A stretch of DNA of 51,578 nucleotides from Candidatus Micrarchaeota archaeon (GTDB lineage: Archaea; Micrarchaeota; Micrarchaeia; Norongarragalinales; Norongarragalinaceae), in the NCBI GenBank assembly GCA_043799765.1, contig JAZDNL010000080.1, positions 1-51,578 on the forward strand, read 5' to 3'. The notes under the pieces are model-generated. The model was given only the letters and a program-made list of their open reading frames with translations. It did not search any database and had not been told where the DNA came from. Every line of letters starts with the position of its first letter. The stretch's first letter is position 1. A program made the translations under genes and the position numbers. Positions 48,113 to 51,578 of the stretch are shown here, one piece after another.

Positions 48113-48708
48113 TTGCGGAACACCCTCCTGCCTTCTATGCGAAGCCTGCCTTCCGCGAAAAGCTTGATCGCCTCGGGAAGCGCCTTGTGCTCCTGCTCGA
48201 GTATCCGTGCGGAAAGCGTCTCCTCGGTGTCGTCGTCCATCACTGGCACCGTCTTCTGCAGGATGATCGGGCCGTGGTCGCACTCCTCGTCCACGAAATG
48301 AACCGTGCAGCCCGAAACCTTCGCCCCCCATTCGAGCGCGTCGCGTTGCCCGTGCGTTCCAGGGAACGAGGGAAGCAGCGCGGGATGGATGTTTATGATT
48401 TTGTTGCGGAACGCTTCGACGAATACCGGCGAAACGAGGCGCATGTAGCCCGCGAGAACAACAAGCCCTACGCCGCGCTTGCGCATTTCTGCGACGAGCT
48501 TGGCGTCGTACTCCTCGCGTTTCATTCCCTTCGGGGAAATAAAGAGCGCCTCGGCGCCTGCCTTCTTCGCGCGCTGCAGCGCGAGCGCGCCTTCCTTGTC
48601 GCTTATCACGACGGCAACCTTTGCGGGAATCCTGCCCGCCCCGCACTCGTCCAGAATCGCCTGCAGGTTGCTGCCCCTTCCGGAAGCAAGCACACCCACC
48701 TTCAGCAT
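48109..48708 (-). CDS. purN: Phosphoribosylglycinamide formyltransferase
   Basis: VLASGRGSNLQAI, INIHPALLPSFPG and SGCTVHFVDEECDHGPII. Confidence 0.92.
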   Translation of the reverse strand: MLKVGVLASGRGSNLQAILDECGAGRIPAKVAVVISDKEGALALQRAKKAGAEALFISPKGMKREEYDAKLVAEMRKRGVGLVVLAGYMRLVSPVFVEAFRNKIINIHPALLPSFPGTHGQRDALEWGAKVSGCTVHFVDEECDHGPIILQKTVPVMDDDTEETLSARILEQEHKALPEAIKLFAEGRLRIEGRRVFRK

Positions 48709-49112
48709 GATATGATTTCCGCGACGCTCTTTTTAATCAGTTTGGCGCCGAGAGAACGGGCGGCTTTTGCCGCGGCGGCGTCCTCGCACTCGCCCGACCA
48801 AAAAGCCTTCTTTCCGCACCTTATTTTCTCGACGCAGAACGACGCGCTGCCTTTTGAAAAGACGAAACTGCGTTCCTTTTTAACGACGAATGCGGGATGG
48901 TCCGGAATGAATGCCGCGCCTTCCATAAGGACGCGCTTTCCCCTTCCGTCCGAATAAACCAGCTTCGCCTTGGCTCCGCACACCCTCACCCTCAATCGCG
49001 GCGACAAATAATAGTCGGTGAACGTGGTTCCCTTTGATTCGGAAAAACCCGCCTTCTCCGCCTTCCTTCTAAAAGTATCGAAGTCGCGCAGCAGGAAGCG
49101 CAGCTCGTTCAT
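48702..49112 (-). CDS. Hypothetical protein, possibly a degenerate CYTH-like (CyaB/ThTPase) fold
   Basis: The pattern ELRFLL...F.DYYL..RLRVR ... VKKERSFVF ... resembles the CYTH strand order, but the acidic catalytic motifs are not evident. Overlaps both neighbours. Confidence 0.35.
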   Translation of the reverse strand: MNELRFLLRDFDTFRRKAEKAGFSESKGTTFTDYYLSPRLRVRVCGAKAKLVYSDGRGKRVLMEGAAFIPDHPAFVVKKERSFVFSKGSASFCVEKIRCGKKAFWSGECEDAAAAKAARSLGAKLIKKSVAEIISC

Positions 49113-50386
49113 TCTTCCTTTAGCTCGCGTATCTGCGCCAGCCTGCCCTCGAGGTCCTCCTTCAGCTTGGGCGCGATGAAGTTCTTCGTGTAGAAGTCAG
49201 CCTTCGCGGCTATTGAAAGCGCTCCCGCAAGGGCGCGGGCGATTTTGCCGCGCTTCCCAAGGGGCGCCGTGTTTATCATCGGGTCCTGGAAAATGATTCC
49301 GTGCTTCGGCGTGGAAATGCGCTTGTTCTTCAGGTGCTTGAACAGCGCCTTCTCAGCGCCCATCACCTGCACAGTTGACGACGGAAGCCGCGCAAGCCTT
49401 TCCAGGCTGCCTGCAAGCGAAAGCAACCGCGAAGCGAGCATGGGCTCGATCAGGTAGCAAAGGTTCGGCATCTCCTTCAGCGCCTTTTCCTTCGCGTATT
49501 CCTCGAGAAGCGCGCGCGTTTCCGCAAGCGCGGCTATCTCGGACGCCAGCCTCCTTATCGCCGCGCGGTCCTTCTCGTCGAACGGCGCGCCGAAGCTCTT
49601 CGAGAGCAATGCCTTCGCCTTCTCCGCGCCGACGTACTTCGCCAGCTCCTCCTCGGGCATCTGGCGCCTGTCGCCGTATTTGGAATACAATTCGCAGACG
49701 GTTTCCTCGTTCTTCAGGTCGAGTTCGGGGAAATTCAGCTGCGCCCACTCGCTCAGGCGCTGGTACATCAGGCTCTTCACATTGTCCAAGTCGTCGATTG
49801 CGCGAACCGCCTGTATAAGCGACGACTCCGGACGCTTGTAAGCATCCTGCACGCCTTCCTTCGCGCGTTCGAGGAAAGAGCTCCTGCGTTCGGCGAATCC
49901 TCCTTCGCGCCTTTCGCCGCGGAACCCTCCTTCTCTCCTGTCCCCGCCGCGATATTCCTCGCGTCTGAAACCGCCCTCCCTGCGCGGTCCCCTGAAGCCG
50001 CCCTCTCTCGGCGGACCTCTGAATCCGCTACCCTCGCGCCTTTGGAATCCGCCCTCCCTGGCCGGGCCGCGGTCGAACCCGCCTTCCCTAGGCGGACTGC
50101 GAGTGAACCCGCCCTCTCTAGGTGGGCCTCTGAAACTTCCCTCGCGCCTTTCACCGGAACCGCCGCTCGGCCTGCTTCCGCCGTAGCTTCCAGTTTCGCG
50201 CCTTTCTCCGCCGCCTTGGTATCCTTCGCGCTTGAAGCCGCCCTCGCGCCTTTCACCAGAACCGCCGCTCGGCCTGTAGCTTCCGCCTTCGCGTCTCTCG
50301 CCTGAGCCTCCGCTTCTATGCGGCGCGCTTCCGCTCGGCTTTCCACCGCTATAACGGTTGCTCTTGAAGCTGCGTTTCTTAAACAT
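49109..50386 (-). CDS. nop5: Nop5 (Nop56/58) homolog: NOSIC plus Nop domains preceded by an about 175-aa Arg/Gly/Glu repeat region
   Basis: RLSEWAQLNFPEL (NOSIC) and LARLPSSTVQVMGAEKALFKHL...TPKHGIIFQ...KRGKIARALAGALSIAAKADFY (Nop). GGGGAG lies 8 nt upstream of ATG 50386. Confidence 0.85.
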   Translation of the reverse strand: MFKKRSFKSNRYSGGKPSGSAPHRSGGSGERREGGSYRPSGGSGERREGGFKREGYQGGGERRETGSYGGSRPSGGSGERREGSFRGPPREGGFTRSPPREGGFDRGPAREGGFQRREGSGFRGPPREGGFRGPRREGGFRREEYRGGDRREGGFRGERREGGFAERRSSFLERAKEGVQDAYKRPESSLIQAVRAIDDLDNVKSLMYQRLSEWAQLNFPELDLKNEETVCELYSKYGDRRQMPEEELAKYVGAEKAKALLSKSFGAPFDEKDRAAIRRLASEIAALAETRALLEEYAKEKALKEMPNLCYLIEPMLASRLLSLAGSLERLARLPSSTVQVMGAEKALFKHLKNKRISTPKHGIIFQDPMINTAPLGKRGKIARALAGALSIAAKADFYTKNFIAPKLKEDLEGRLAQIRELKEE

Positions 50387-50460
50387 TGAATATCTCCCCT
50401 CGGATAGCGCGTACCCGCGCTTCGAACAAGATATTTAATCCCCCGCCTATTAAATACCGT

Positions 50461-51578
50461 ATGGCTTCCAGCGTTGAAAAAGTGGTTAACCTCTGTTCGC
50501 GCCGAGGGTTCGTGCTGGCGTCAGCGGACGCCTACGGGCAGTTGGCGGGCTTCTTCGAGTACGCGGGATACGGCGCGCAGCTCAAAAAGAACCTGGAGGA
50601 GTCCTGGTGGGGCGCTTTCGTCAAGCACCGCGAGGACGTTGTTGGAATCGACGGCAGCCTGCTGCTTCCCCGCGCGGTTTGGAAAGCGTCGGGGCATCTG
50701 GATGCGTTCAACGATCCGCTTGTCTCCTGTACGAAGTGCCGTTCGCGTTTCCGTGCTGACCATCTCGTAGAGGAGGAGCTCAAGCTCAGCGTCGAGGGGT
50801 TGCCGATGGAGAAGCTCGCGGAGCTGATCAAGGAACACAAACTCAAGTGCCCCAAGTGCAAGGGCGAACTCGGCGAGGCGAAGCCCTTCAACCTGATGTT
50901 CAAGACGTACGTGGGAGCAATAGCGGATGAGGCGGGCGAGATTTACCTGAGACCGGAAACCGCCCAGAATATTTTCACCGATTACAAGACGGTTTCCCTC
51001 GCAAGCCGCAAGCAGGTGCCGTTCGGCATTGCGCAGCTTGGAAGGGCGTTCAGAAACGAAATAGCGCCTCGCAACTTCCTTTTCCGCGTGCGCGAGTTCA
51101 CGCAGATGGAAGTGGAGTACTTCGTCCATCCCGATAAACTGAATGAATGCACACTGCCGAAGGAATTGCTGGACATCGAAGTCGCCATACTAACGGCAGA
51201 AGCGCAGGAAAAGAAAACCGACGCCGCTATCCTTTCCTTCGCCGACATGATTGACAAAAAAATCATCGGCACAAAGTGGCACGCCTACTGGCTCGCGGAA
51301 TGCGTTTACTGGCTGCAGTCGCTCGGCTTGAAAAAAACAAGCATGCGCCTCCGCCAGCACGTTTCAGGCGAACTTTCCCATTATTCCCGTGAGACGTGGG
51401 ACATCGAGTTCAACTACGGGGACTGGGGCTGGAAGGAACTGCTCGGAGTCGCGAACAGGGGCGATTACGACATCACCCAGCACGCAAAGGGTTCCGGAAA
51501 GGATATGTCGCTTTTCGACGAGGCGTCGAAGCAGAGGTTCGTTCCAGTTGTGATAGAGCCGTCCGGAGGAATCGACCG
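50461..51578 (+). CDS. glyS: Glycyl-tRNA synthetase (archaeal/eukaryotic alpha2 type), 3' end outside the window
   Basis: Hand translation: MASSVEKVVNLCSRRGFVLASADAYGQLAGFFEYAGYGAQLKKNL..., FNLMFKT, YLRPETAQ, GRAFRNEIAPR, REFTQMEVEYF. Absent from the ORF track because no stop is reached. Confidence 0.9.
   Translation, partial: MASSVEKVVNLCSRRGFVLASADAYGQLAGFFEYAGYGAQLKKNLEESWWGAFVKHREDVVGIDGSLLLPRAVWKASGHLDAFNDPLVSCTKCRSRFRADHLVEEELKLSVEGLPMEKLAELIKEHKLKCPKCKGELGEAKPFNLMFKTYVGAIADEAGEIYLRPETAQNIFTDYKTVSLASRKQVPFGIAQLGRAFRNEIAPRNFLFRVREFTQMEVEYFVHPDKLNECTLPKELLDIEVAILTAEAQEKKTDAAILSFADMIDKKIIGTKWHAYWLAECVYWLQSLGLKKTSMRLRQHVSGELSHYSRETWDIEFNYGDWGWKELLGVANRGDYDITQHAKGSGKDMSLFDEASKQRFVPVVIEPSGGID

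Noticed and set aside
1-51578. CRISPR arrays, cas genes, rRNA genes, IS elements, restriction-modification or toxin-antitoxin pairs
   Set aside because: No regularly spaced direct repeats were seen, and no diagnostic motifs such as DDE or HNH transposase-type signatures. The only exact repeats are the 128-bp paralog block, the 36-nt nop5 coding repeat and the three short hairpin elements.

Overview
High-GC archaeal chromosomal segment. The archaeal assignment rests on aRF1, ABCE1, a thermosome, a Nop5-type protein, archaeal Pth2, a tRNA-Tyr with C1:G72 and a canonical 37/38 intron, and AT-rich TATA boxes about 25 nt upstream of many start codons (mostly leaderless genes). Lineage cannot be fixed from sequence alone; the tight packing, with many ATGA or GTGA start/stop overlaps, suggests a small genome. 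Most of the window is housekeeping. This includes translation (aRF1, ABCE1, Pth2, AsnRS, MetRS, GlyRS, tRNA-Pro, tRNA-Tyr), pyrimidine synthesis (pyrD/K, pyrG, pyrC, tmk) and purine/folate synthesis (purA, purF, purN, folD). It also includes central carbon metabolism (PEP synthase, cupin PGI, transaldolase), chaperones (thermosome, Hsp20) and a Ca2+ export pair. Several envelope genes are interspersed. The most unusual region is 10.1-19.5 kb. It holds an A24 prepilin peptidase, five proteins with class-III (type IV pilin-like) signal peptides, an 853-aa beta-helix surface protein carrying a low-GC mosaic patch, and two tandem secreted paralogs sharing a 128-bp identical block. No assembly ATPase or membrane platform is present. 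Other notable observations: a three-copy ~22-nt hairpin element with compensatory stem changes sits at predicted transcript 5' ends. A MetRS ORF has its only canonical in-frame starts inside the tRNA-Tyr intron. tmk is frameshifted, and the Nop5 homolog has its N-terminal domain replaced by an RGG/REGGF repeat region. No CRISPR array, rRNA, transposase or integrase was seen. Many long ORFs in the track are antisense artefacts of the high GC content.
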